In this document: positions 1 to 13,200 of the stretch, piece after piece
How positions within the stretch are numbered: the stretch's first letter is position 1
Layout of the letters: each line of letters starts with the position of its first letter
Assembly: GCF_902652985.1 (NCBI RefSeq)
Contig: NC_047030.1
Coordinates: 12,834,001 to 12,898,000, forward strand
DNA: 64,000 nucleotides
Direction of reading: 5' to 3'
Source: Pecten maximus
Taxonomy: Eukaryota
Notes under the pieces: model-generated
What the model saw: the letters and a program-made list of their open reading frames with translations, nothing else
Told to the model about the DNA's origin: nothing
Database searches by the model: none
Position numbers and translations under genes: made by a program

Positions 1-67
1 TAGCAGTTTCGTCCATCAATTTATTTGGCTATTCCATCATCTTGCCTTCCTGACTTCCCTAGCAGTC

Positions 68-2630
68 ATGTTGACAGAGCAACTCCCAACGAGACAGGAC
101 CTGGTAGAGTCTCTCGACTCAGAAGCCATATTTGATTACTTGATACAACATGGAGTCTTGGATGAAGGAACAAGGGATGGCATTCGAGGGGAGACAACCA
201 AGGTTCAAAGAAATACTGCATTATTGCAACACTTACAAGGGAACGGAGACTCCGCAATTGCCTTATTTATAAATGCTCTTCGACAATCTGGTCAGCTTGT
301 ACTAGCAAGTTCCTTGGACGTGACAAGTAAAATTAAGCCGACCTATGGATCAGGTAGGTTACATTGCAAGCTTATGTAATGATAATATTCAAAAGGTATA
401 ATAGAGCCTTGGTTATCCTGCTATCATTTATATTTCCATTTATTTTGTGTTATGATAAAGCTACAAGAAACTTTGTCACATTAAAGGACAATCATTGGCG
501 CCTTTATTGAAACATACTATTTCCAACTTCATTTATGCTCAGCTATCATTCCAACAAAATAAATAGCCAATGTTGCAATAACGCAATCTTAGTTTGGCTT
601 TCCTCATAGACGTTATGTTTTGATCACACTGCTTCCATCCTTGATCTAGTAATAAGAAAATCATGAACAAGGCAAAGGGAAATTTTACGTTTTATCAAGC
701 AACAGAAAACAAAAGATGATACGGTTATACACCACTGTTCAGAAGGTTCATGAACGTGGAAGATTCAATATTTATACCGGATTCCGTATTTTAGAATTAT
801 TTCCCCCATACATGTCTCCTGAATTTTGGCAAAGCCAGCTATTTCAGTATTTCAGAATCAGACACTTTCACTCATGCATCGTTTATATAATACCCTTAAG
901 CGGTTTATAGAAAATTCCATTGCCTCCGCCATCCTTAAATGACCATTGATGTTGATAGGACGTTTAACAATAAAATAAATCCTATAGAAATCCATTGAAT
1001 ATTAATATCATTTGATGTTTTTGTTTATTTCCAGGTTATCTAGGGAAGGAGCGATATAAAGGTGAGGATTAAAATTCAGGGAGGATTTGTAATTTAGGAT
1101 AATAAAACGACACATCTTTTGATTGAAATTTAGTATCTTTTGCCATTCCTGTAATCTACTTCTATGGTCAATGTAGGAAAATCGCCACCACTGTTATTTA
1201 ATTTTTCATTTTACATTTTTAAAGTTTACCCATTCCTTACGTAATTATTAAACGATTCTGTTGCTCTTGCGATTTGAAGTAAGATAATTTGTTAAAGAAG
1301 TTTTAAACTTTCTGTTTTGTTAGTTGCTGGTAACACGGTTTTTTTTGTAAGTTGCTGGTAACACGCCGATGTTTTTTCAGGTCAGGTGACCATTAAGATT
1401 CTAGTGGATTCAATCAAGGGATTTTTCCCAAAATGGGAGGAAGGTGACCAGCTAGAGGAGAAACATGGAGACACACCAGAAAAAGAGGTCAAACCTCATG
1501 GTGGAACAAATATCAACGATCTCAATGTGCTGCTGACGCCTCGCCGTATGCACAAGTCGTACGAAAATATGACAATGATTGACGGAATAGGTGATGGGTC
1601 AAAGTCAAAGATGTGGCGAATTCATGAATATTCATATGAAAAGGAAGGGTATGATACAGCAGGCGAGGAAGAAGAAGATGGGGCAAAGTCTAAAGGCTTC
1701 TGTTGGTGTCTTTGTATTCCTCGTAGAAAGAAGGCGAAAAAGTACAAACAAAATTATCCGGGGCCTGCTAAAGAGAGACAAAGGAACGAAAGTCCAAGAA
1801 ATGTTCAGCCTCGTTCCAGAACCACGAACAAAAGAGGCAGTAGTCCATTTATGAGTGATATCAGCTCTTCTGCCAAAGGTCAACAAAAGATTAAAGGTGA
1901 AAGTTCAAATACATACTCCCCAAAAAAGACAGAAGTTTCTATGCAACGGAATTCGAATGGACAGGATAGATCCGGCAAAGTGCAATACAATGTCAAAGAC
2001 ACCACACCCTCAGTAACACATTCCAAAGTCAAACATACAGGAAGTGACCGTACTAAACACAAAGAGAAAACTAAAAATGGTGTCAACCAGCGAGGTCGAA
2101 AAGGTGAATCTCGTGCGCAAAGTCATAGTTCAAGGTCGGAAAATAAAGAAAACACTCCCCCAGTCGTTTCAGGCACCAGTACACCTAAAAAGCATGCAAC
2201 TAGTATTAAAAACACGCATAGTCGAAGTAGTGATTCGGTTTTATCTGGAGACGAGGAGCCAGTGGAATTTTGTGTGATGTGGAAAAGTCGAGGTCCAACT
2301 TTTGACCAACACGTTGACAAATTCAATGACATTGTTGACAAAGATGTGGCTGTTAAATCGCAGATTGTGAAATATTTTGAACAAGAAAGAGGAACCCTTG
2401 TTTTGTCGGTGTATTGTAGCGAAGACACTCTCGTCATCTGTAACATATGTATGACATGTGAACAGGTGAAAAATATTCAAGCTGACGAACGCTCTGGACT
2501 TCTTACTGAGTTAATTGAAGGCATGATGCTTAAAAAGTCTGTGATTGAATCACTCAATGTAGAAGAGATAAAACTCCAGGTGGCCGTCGATGACAATGAA
2601 ATCGATTTGGCGATGGATGATTTAAGATAA
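68..2630 (+). CDS. CARD-domain protein with C-terminal TRADD-N-like domain (~520 aa, 3 coding exons)
   Basis: Exons 68-353 (donor CAG|GTAGG, phase 1), microexon 1035-1061 (TTTCCAG|...AAAG|GTGAG, 27 nt) and 1381-2630 (TTTTTTCAG|) join in one frame of 1563 nt. The N-terminus (RQDLVESLDSEAIFDYLIQHGVL...RNTALLQHL...AIALFINALRQSGQLVLASSL) fits the CARD pattern. The C-terminus (GTLVLSVYC...SGLLTELIEGMMLKKSVIESLNVEEIKLQVAVD) resembles invertebrate TRADD-N-like domains. A pyrimidine tract plus AG just before the ATG suggests an upstream exon outside the window. Confidence 0.8.
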
Positions 2631-5520
2631 AATAGTTCAAATGACCACTTAATGGGTATTGTCCGCTGATCCCAAAAACGTCATGACTTACTGCATAGTG
2701 CGCGGACCATGATCAATACAGTGGACGGACGTTCAAGTCCAAAACTGTCTAATGAGGATGTAATTTGACGAAATGGTAATTATGATGTACATGCATGTGC
2801 GATAGTAATATGGTAATAATGGTATATATCTATAAAATTGAGAAGCGGTGATTATGGTATGTAATATACATGTAAAATAACAGTGTTCCGATACATATAT
2901 AAGCATGTGCTTGCACGCTCCGTAACATTTCAGTACGATTTATTTCAAACCTCAGTGATTCTCTACATCCGTGTTTTATCTCTACTTAATGCTGGAAAGA
3001 TACTATTACTAACATCCTTTGATATATGAGATATTATGTATGTCTAACGATTAAGTAAAAAAAAAAACGATCAATGTCTATAGTGGCCCTTGATAAGACA
3101 CGCATTTCCCGTTTTTCCATCACTGAACCATCACCTTGTTTTAAAGCGAACTCCGAGATTTATATCTTGACTGTCTTGTTAAAGTATCACATAACCCCAC
3201 CATGCCTAGGCTAACTGTACGTATATGTATACCTTCTTTCGTTGTGTTCACATTAAAACCTTGTGTTATGGATGTAGATAACACAGTAGGTTTGATTATA
3301 ATGTTTTAAGATTTTGATGATTTAAAGGCATACAACAATTACTCTGACGTTGATCGCCTTAATTTCAAAAACAAAAATATTACGATACATTATACAAAAT
3401 GAGTGAAATAACTTGGTCGAGTAAACAGACGTTTGCAAAATATGCAAAATGTATTTACCTACGTATATAATGCAAGGCATTTATTCTAAATACTTATGTG
3501 ATGCACCTTTGATCAAATTGAGGAAACAATAGCTTGAAATGATTGTACTTATTTTTCCAGACGTTTTATAACTATAAAATTAAAACAAATAAGTTTAATA
3601 GTCGGGTTACACTCGCCTTCTTTCTCTATGCACACCGAAATAAAATTTATTTTAAGTCTACTTTGCCATCCTCAGATCGTCGTTCACCCCTAAGCAATCA
3701 CCGAATACTGGATCTTTTTCAATAATTACACGTATAGATTCCCCTTGGAGAAGGTTCTTTCTGGTGCTTGTGTAATTTTAAAAGACATGGTATCATTTAT
3801 GCTTTGACAGCAAATAATTGGCATCACGATTTTCCAGCAAGGACTGGATATACATGATGAAGAATACTTAACTACGAGATTATGAATTGTAAATAACCAT
3901 TGTTATTGGTATGTTGTACTTACTGCCATGATTGTTCCGATATTTTTTGTTCTTTGTAATGTGTAAAACAATTGAATCGACTTACATTTCTACCAATTCA
4001 GTATCATTGACATCTCTGAAATCTTATAATGCCACACAGTTTTACTTAAGCGAGTATCTTAATACTCGTGAAGAACAAATTGGCGGTAATCGAAATATGA
4101 ACACCGATATTTATCAAATACATAGATATACATAATACTACAAAAATTATATCGTAACATGTGATGAACTACAAGCATTTAGCAACTGTTTATCCTGGCC
4201 TTGCATTTAAATTCGACAACTGTTAACCGTAATCTGGCCTTGCAATCGAATTCGACAACTGTTTACCAACATCTGGCCTTACATCCAAATTGGTTTATGT
4301 TGTTTTGACATTTTAATTTTTCTTAGTCAATGAGTAAATATCTAATTCTTTACTAACACAATGAAAACAATTTCATAATATTATGAAAGTGATTGTATCA
4401 AATTCCATTGAATGTCATACATTATTGATTTTTATTTTTTATCATGATTATCATTATGTGTCAGTCAATTTGGAATTAATTCTATATATTGTGCAATACT
4501 TTGTCTTTCCAATCTAGATGAATGTTCGTTTTAACCAAACTTTTAACTGCGGTTGACTATGCGTTTGATAAGACACGGACGAGTTATTTCCCTTAGTTGC
4601 TATAATGTAAAATAAACAGAAAAGAAACAGAGTTGTTTCCCTTCGTCTACAAAGATGAAGGAGATGGAAAGGACTAATCACGTCATGCGATATCTCGCTT
4701 TGTCACATTCCGAAATTGCCTTAATTTAACAGGGGGTGGTCAACTTGTAAGAACATTACCGTAACAGATCATCCTTTCTGCATTTGAAAAATTGCAAAAT
4801 TTATTATCATGATGTTTCCTTATATGGGTGTCATGTTTTCAATACCCACATTTTCGGTAAATATGATCACGTTGCAAACTATTCTGTCCGAAGTGTATTT
4901 CGCATATCGCCGTTTGTGGTGATTCGCTGTTCAAATTATTTTCAGAAGTGATATCTACTGCATATTGTAATAAAATCATATTGACAGATGCAGGAGGTTG
5001 TGTTTCGTTAGTGATGTTAATATAAAGCCGGCTCGAGCTACAGGTTGTGGTGATTCGCGATATTCGTTGATACTATTAATTTGTGGTTTTCGTACTTTGA
5101 TGATATTTTGACAAGTTTCTCCGACTACAGATTCTCGGTAGTACATGTAATATTATAATGAGAACTGTTACCAGCTGCGAGTCCCGGTATATACTTCACA
5201 CAATGATAAAGGACCGTGCTTTCTCACACAAGTTCGAGTTTCGGGGTTTCGAGTCAAGGTAGGGTAACTCTTACTATTTTTGGCGGGCGCCGATAGGAGA
5301 CATGTATTGCTTTAGCAGTACCCAGTCTGATTGTTACAAATTGACACGCAATATATGTCAATAACTTGTAATTTGTTAAAGCAAAATAAATGTAGCAAAT
5401 GGTTATAACAAATTAAAACGTTGTAATTGATTTGCACGCGACATCGTTGTCTATTGACAGTTTCATGCAGTGTCTGCAGAATTTCGATGCTTTTACTTAA
5501 ATGTAAAATGTACATATCAG

Positions 5521-5610
5521 ATCAGCGATGTCATTCATGAGACTATGTACTCCATGCGAATCGTTATCAGCGATGTCATTCATGAGACTATGTACTCCAT
5601 GCGAATCGTT
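5521..5610. repeat. Perfect 45-bp tandem duplication
   Basis: ATCAGCGATGTCATTCATGAGACTATGTACTCCATGCGAATCGTT x2. Confidence 0.95.
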
Positions 5611-7254
5611 TAAAAGTTAAACCATACAGCCGTTAAATTCATTTTCATGTTCTGAATCACGCAAACATTGTCGCTTATAATTTGATTGTAGCTTTAACAT
5701 CCGAATGTTTACTAATAATAAACTCCAGGGATTTTCCGTTTCCCGAAATGCTTCTGCATAGTGGGACATTTATATAACGGATTGACTCCCCTCACCCAAC
5801 ACGTCAATACTAATGTTTTAAAACACGAATATATGTAAAATGTCATATTTACATTAAATCCATCTCATTTCATTAGCTGTTTACACTTCATATGCTGCTT
5901 ATATTTTATTCATATCTAGATTCACAGTGATCACATTTTACAAAAATCATTTAAGCTTTGATGTGGTAACCGGTTGTGATTGAATATATCAATGTATTGA
6001 CAATTTACATGATTATTCCGTCATAATTATGTTTAAATGATATTTTAAACATATCTTAATTTCAACAAACCGATGATCTCTTATACTTTTATCGACCAAT
6101 TTATAATTGACAATAATATTGATTAAGTTATCAATGCAATTAAGTATTACTTCAATGCTTCATGTTTGTCATACAGTGGTTTTGATCCAGTTCGATCCTC
6201 TAGTAGAAATATCGTAGTTGGTTTTATGGGAATACATATTGAATTAGCATGCTCCTTGCAATATAATTTCCATCCAAAGGTTTCCCTAAAATCTGGTGCT
6301 TGTGGATGATCGGTGGTTAATCGATATACAAGTATAGCCGTTTGTACATTCCTTTACACAAATCATTCAAATCGGCTGTGACTTTTCAAAAACAAAAATG
6401 CAGTATTAAATGAAACGTCTTAGCAAAATTTCCAGGTAATTTTTGTTTCTTTCCCAGTCAGCAGACCTATTAAGGTATGTTTGCCTGTCAGGTGACTAAC
6501 ACATGTTCCTTAACCCAACATTAAGGTTTTGTTGTTCCATTAGAAGGCATTGAAGAAAAATAGGGTTTCTCTATAGATTTTGTGCAATACACGTATTTTT
6601 TGTCACAATCGTTTTCATTTGCATGTTCTATTTTCACTGTCGTTACCATTTAATTGCTATCAAATAAATTATCTATATATCAGTTATTAAATTATCCGTT
6701 TTATGGAATGTTGATATCAACTGGTAATTGTCACATGTTCTCTTGAAAGGACATGCTCCTTTATATTAATAGGATGTTACTGGTAGCCTTTTTATGATTT
6801 TACAGTTGATTTCAGAAGTTGTTTTACAAATAACATGTGATGACAGTCCATTTATGCTAAAACATTTTAATCGAATAAATGAATCCAAACAATGCATTAA
6901 GATTTGTTATTAATTACAATTACTAGTGAACCGTTAAGTGACATACATTCAATGACCGAGGGAGCTCTTCATGTTATTGGAAACATGCTCCCACAATGTC
7001 TAGTGTTAGTCATTGCATTGCTATATGATGGTATAAATGTTTGAATATCTTTGTACAGGTATAGATGTGTATATTGTTACATGTTACACGACTGTTTCAA
7101 ATTTAATTACGCGAAATTGTTCAAAAGCCACCGACGAATATTCACTTACCTTTATGTTTTTCATTTCTCCTCCTTTTTTGAATAGACAAAACGCACGCTA
7201 ATTATATATAAATCATTGTTACCTGCCACTTTCATTTGATTAGAACAGACTTAC

Positions 7255-10200
7255 CGATAGACATTTTCGGGGGTCATGTCTCCTAATTCGACTTGCCAAG
7301 CCCCGAATCTGAAAGCTCCACCATAAATCATGAAAATAACTCCTTGTGAGAAGCCAAACGCAATCCCAGCCATCTGTGCTTGTTTGAGGAACGTCCTATG
7401 TTAAATGCACAATACAAATGTTTGAACTTCACACAAAAGCACAAAAAATAGTATAAAAGAATATCATTTCAGTGTCCCCTGATGAAACAAGTAACGGAGA
7501 AGTGAATGTCTGATTACATTTGATCAGTGTGTATGTATTGTTTGTCCATATCGGCAAATTAGTTTCGTTTATTTTTGTTCGTCTTTGCTTTTTACTTCCC
7601 AACGCCCGGATGACATTATTGAAACAATATTGCCGGCCATAACTTTAACTCACATTCGATAAAACAAGGGTAAAAGACCATTGAAAAATGAAGACCTAGG
7701 GTTCATTGACGATCGCGACCCATTATAAAATACATTCATGTCACTTATCCTTGTCCTGGACTGTCAATGCTGAGTGGCATTTTCTAGATCTATCGCTGTT
7801 AACTATGGCATTTTTCTGCTTACCGGAGTGGTCCTTTAAGACTGTCGTAATATTCCTTGAAGAAGAATTCTTCTCTGCTCAGAGTCTGGACTGTTCGGAT
7901 ATTCTCTATCGCTTCACTTGCAACCTTAAAAAGAAAAATATACCAACAAAATTTAAGTTATGTTTTTTTTAATTTGACATGGAGTTACGTTTTTTTATTT
8001 GACATGGAGTTACGTTTTTTTTTTTATTTGACATGGAGTTACGTTTTTTTTTTTATTTGACATGGAGTTACCCCGGTAACTGGTAGTCTGTTACACTATC
8101 TAATGTAACGAAACCTTTTCGAAACCTTTTCAGAAAACACTATTTTGATTTGTTTTCTCTTACTCAATAAAATACAGACATGGTAAATCTATTCCATGAA
8201 GAAAATGTAATGCTCTTTAGAGACGTATTAAATGAGGTTATTTTAGCTGAGTAAAGACTTTATTGTAAAACATAATTTTCGCTTGCGATTAATTTCCGAA
8301 AATTAATTGTCACAAACTAGCTTCAATCATAGGTACAGTGGGCCTTAAATGATTGTAAATCGCGAAATTAAATCGCCAAGAATAGATCATTAGGCAACTA
8401 AATGCGAAATTATGTCGCCACGAAAATAGGTTTGTTCACAGTATTTATGACACATCCAGTTCAGTATTGTATTCCTCAAAGTTTCATTAAAGATACACAC
8501 ACGTGAATATTCCTTTGGCGTATGAATTTAGTCATAAATTAGTGACACAAAGTGTAGATGTCTCGCACCGTTACAGAGCCCTGAGACAGCCAGTAGATTA
8601 TATGTATTTGTCTATCTTAAATCATTTGTTGTAAAATGAAACAATATGTACACTTACATGATTATACTAACGCCGTATATAATATATTTAAGCCTAGTTT
8701 ACTGTGTGGTTACAATTTATGTAGATCGATATACTGTAATCTTATATCGTGTCGACTTAATTTGACGATTTAGTAATACATTTACCCTTCTGTTCTTGTG
8801 ATTGAAACAATTTCGCGATGATCATTTTTTGCGAATTGTAATCGCCTGCAAAATACGAGAAAATTAATCGCACGCGAAAATAAGTGGATTTACAATAATT
8901 AAATATTACACATACCTTCCCAGCATTCTCCAACGTTTTCTCGTCGCCTTTATGTTGCCCAGTGATCACTTTGAACTGTAGATACCCTGGACAAATTCAC
9001 AATATACATATATGTAAGAATTGTTTATTGTAGGGATGTTACTTAAGCGTTTTTATGTGATAATTCCATACTAATGACGTTACAATAGTATTGTTACATT
9101 GTCTATAAGCAATCAACATAATCCTTCATACAGGATGAGACACTACATGTATATGTAGAGAACTTACTTGTTTTCACTTGTGTGAATTTTCATTCATTTC
9201 CCCTTAAACAGTTTACATTGCTGAATTAGGCAAATTATTGTTTCAATTCATAAAATGTACCTGCAGCTGCTAGTATAGGAACACCGCCCAAAACGACAAG
9301 GGCAAGCTTCCATCCGAAGATAAAGGATATGACTAGGGCGGCGATTAGTGACACAAAGGATGATACCACGATTGACAGTCGTATACCCGTGACCTACAGA
9401 TACAAGAAAAGTAGCGCCAAATTAAACCCAATTGGTACCATGTAACATAGGGATATTGAAATAAATAGTGATCGAAATGTCATACTTCGTTCACGAAAGC
9501 TCGCCGCATATAAGTATGCCAAAGGCTATTATGGAGCTTTATGGAACTTTTGATATTTTGAATATGAAACGTCAAGATTTGTTTCTTTATTATTTTTGTA
9601 CTCCCATATGCCGAACAGTTCTTGGGTATACAAATACTGAAATGATAGGACATTATGCTGTATATATAAAGTATCGTAGTGATGCATGGTTTGCATATGG
9701 TAGTGTGCAACCACATCAATGGGAGAGGAACCCACACTGAGGAATAATTGTTTTAGCTAACAAGCATTTATCCGCTGGATGTTTCAATATTCAACTTTCT
9801 TGGGCTTAAAAACGTTCAGGAATCGCCAATTATGATATGGCGAGTATGGATTTTCATGAACAGGATTGATATTTCATTAAACATACATAGTCACGTCAAT
9901 TATATTTCTTCAAACTTCATAAAACTAACATCTAAGTCATTCTTACTGTTTGTAATAAAGTAGCATCAGTAGCGAGACGGGTGGTCAAGGCTCCCGTGGC
10001 ATGTCTTGGATCATCGAAATATGCCACATCTTGACGTAACAGAGCAGTGAAGGTGTTCAGACGAAGACGTAATGTTAAATTCTCTCCGGAAAATGCAAAA
10101 CAAACATTCTATAATAAAACAGAGAAAAGTTATCAATGATAAATCTTTCCATAATATCCAAGCAATAGAGGAAAACACCTGAAGGATAAATCACCACAGG

Positions 10201-13200
10201 CTACTGTATAGTTGGTAATGATCCGTCATTAAATGTAGCGCTAAAATAGATAGCCAGCGACATACAAATATGTAAAAGTGTTTACTGCAGAATGTTAACA
10301 AGGCCTGAATGCGCAAAAATAATGTCCGCGCACTAGTTCCGACTGAGAACTCTATACAGCATTTAAAACAAATATTTCGGAATAAATGTTAAAGCGCTTT
10401 GTAAAACTTTGTAGAACAACAGGTTTTCAAAACCTGCAAATTTTACCTAATTAAGTTTCATTTTTTTCTATTTCAGATACCTAGGCGATAGTTGATGTGA
10501 TCTTACCTTAATTTACTTTACTGTATCCTTGTAATGACATTTTAGTGAAATGCTCCTATATTTTTCATTTTTTTTTTTTTCATTATTATTTTTTCTTATT
10601 AATTTTTTCCCTATCTGAAGCAAACAATAGCCAACTTAAACCGTATAACTTGATAATGGCTCTGATATATATTTCATCTATAACGAAAAGGGATTGACGG
10701 GAATTTAGCTTAGTAATAAGGATATTAGGAATGAATGTTTCTCTAGACGTCTTTTAATACCGCAATGCATATAACGGTATTATGCTACAAAATTCTTACT
10801 CCAAGTAACCGATTGGCCACATAATATTGTACTTACTGATACTGTTTGAACAATGAAGTTAAGAACGCCAAGACCGACAAACATCATACTCCACAATACA
10901 CTGTCCTCTCCTTGTTTAATGAAAACCTGTAATAAAAATAAAAGTTAGGTTTTCATGTTCGTCCTCACATCAAGTCAAACTGAGTGATTACCTTACATTA
11001 GGGTCTGTTTTAGAACTTGATAATAAAACTGATGTTCAAAATGTTTTTGTTTTCATTCACACATCCATCCTTCAAACCATACAATACCTTAATCATTTCA
11101 CTGAAGAAAATGGCGAAGGCTGGCATTGTGCATCCTCCGATTCCTGAGGCGATACAACCGAGCAAAATGAAATGCCACTCTGGCGCATTTTCACGTAAAA
11201 TACGTAAATACTTCGGTGGATCATACTCCTCTTCTTCAACTTCCTGGTAAAATGTTAAATGTGTATCTTTATAATCCAACATAATAGAATGACTGTATAA
11301 CCTACATTAGTGTATTCTGGTTTTAATGTTAAGAGCTGTCTAAACGGAACCATGTGCCATACTTTATATGATTTACGCCTTGCGATTTAGTTCCACGTAG
11401 GAAAACAGATAATTTTAACTATGGTGATCTCAAAATCATCGGTTTATGTAGAAAGTTTGATTTTCGTTATCAGAAACAGCTTTGTGTATGTTTTTAAATT
11501 AAATATCGAACGAACGGCCCACCTAAGAAATAAACAAAGAAAAGCAAGAATTAAAGCATTGTTTCAATTAACTGAATCTTTACTAAGCAAAACCTACCTC
11601 TTTTTCCTTGTCACCTTTAGCGGTGGGTACTTTGATTGATATCTGTCGAGACATCTGTCGGGACGTTTGACGTACTACATGTTTGTCGGAGGTTGAAGAC
11701 CTATGTGACGCTTTTCGTGATCTTTTAGCTTTGAATTTAGCTTCTATGTGAATTTGCCCTACTTCTAATTCAGCAGCTGTAAAATATATTATTTGTTCTA
11801 AATATAATGATAAAAATAATTCTGATATCTGTCAAGCCTTTTCTATAAGGACCTTGTATATGCACTCTCTCTATACTCATTGGCTTGACATGTTAGAATA
11901 AATCTTTCATGAAGCATTCGTTAGGTTGATTGGGATTACAGGCTAAGATGTAAATATTTACTAAAATTCGAATAACCTGTCGAACGTATGATAACATAAT
12001 ATGTTACTACCAGGAATAACATATAGATTACTGCTACCTGGAAACATTTTCATTACATACATGTTTAAAATGCCCACATACATACAACGTACTTGTTTAC
12101 ACATTTCTCCTTTAGATTGACGTGTTATTACCGTATGCATTTTTTCAATGTGATCCTAATATACTTAAGTTGTTTTTGTTACCTGTGAAATGTTAGTCTA
12201 TTTATAGATGTATCGTCATTATTTTATGGTGGATTCACAAATCACACAAAGATTTTTGTTGACGAATCAAAAATCAAAATGTAATCAAAATACCTGAGTT
12301 TTTGCCCTCTCCTTCCTCTTCATCAATCTGCTTTCCATCATTATCATCGACGTCGTCGTCTTCGTCACTTTCCTCTTCCGCGAGAGCTTGTGCCATTACT
12401 AGCTCGTGGTAAAGTCCTTTCTTGTTCATCAGTTCGTCGTGTGTGCCCTGTTCGAATATTTTGCCGTCATCTACCACACAAATGAGGTCTGCGTTCTGTA
12501 TGGTGGACAATCTGTGTGCGATAGCTATCGTGGTCCTTCCCTCTCGTGCCTGAAGTGTAACATATCACATAATTATGTCAATTATGACATCTGATATAAT
12601 AACATTTAATTTTGGTAACATTCATTTACCTTTCTCAGCTTCAGCACACACTGCCGATTATATTAATGTAACAAAGCGCTTAGCGTAATTTCCTTCTGAT
12701 ACGTTTGAATAATGAATGGCTTAAGCTTAATATGTATTCAAATGACGGACAAACTATTAGATTATCGCTACTGTATTATATTACTGCTCCTATATTATAA
12801 GAGTATACGAAAAAATAGAATATTGAAATATTGTCTATAAAGTGATTTCGACATCCACTGAATATTCCTGACAGCCGACTAAGATATACATAAATCACAA
12901 ATAATGATGAACAAGGAATTTCAAATATTAGGCTGAACTCCTAAAACGAAAAGCTAAAAAGCTTAGATTACCGCATGTTCACTCTTACCCTGTCCAGAGC
13001 ATCTTGGACGATTTTTTCGCTCTTGGAGTCAAGAGCTGAAGTCGCCTCATCCAGGAGAAGTATACGAGGATCTCTGACTAGGGCACGAGCGATAGCCACT
13101 CTCTGCTTCTGTCCTCCAGACAACTGTGCGCCTCTTTCTCCAACCATTGTATTGTAACCCTGTCATGACCATAACAAAATCATAAAAAGACATCAATAGC

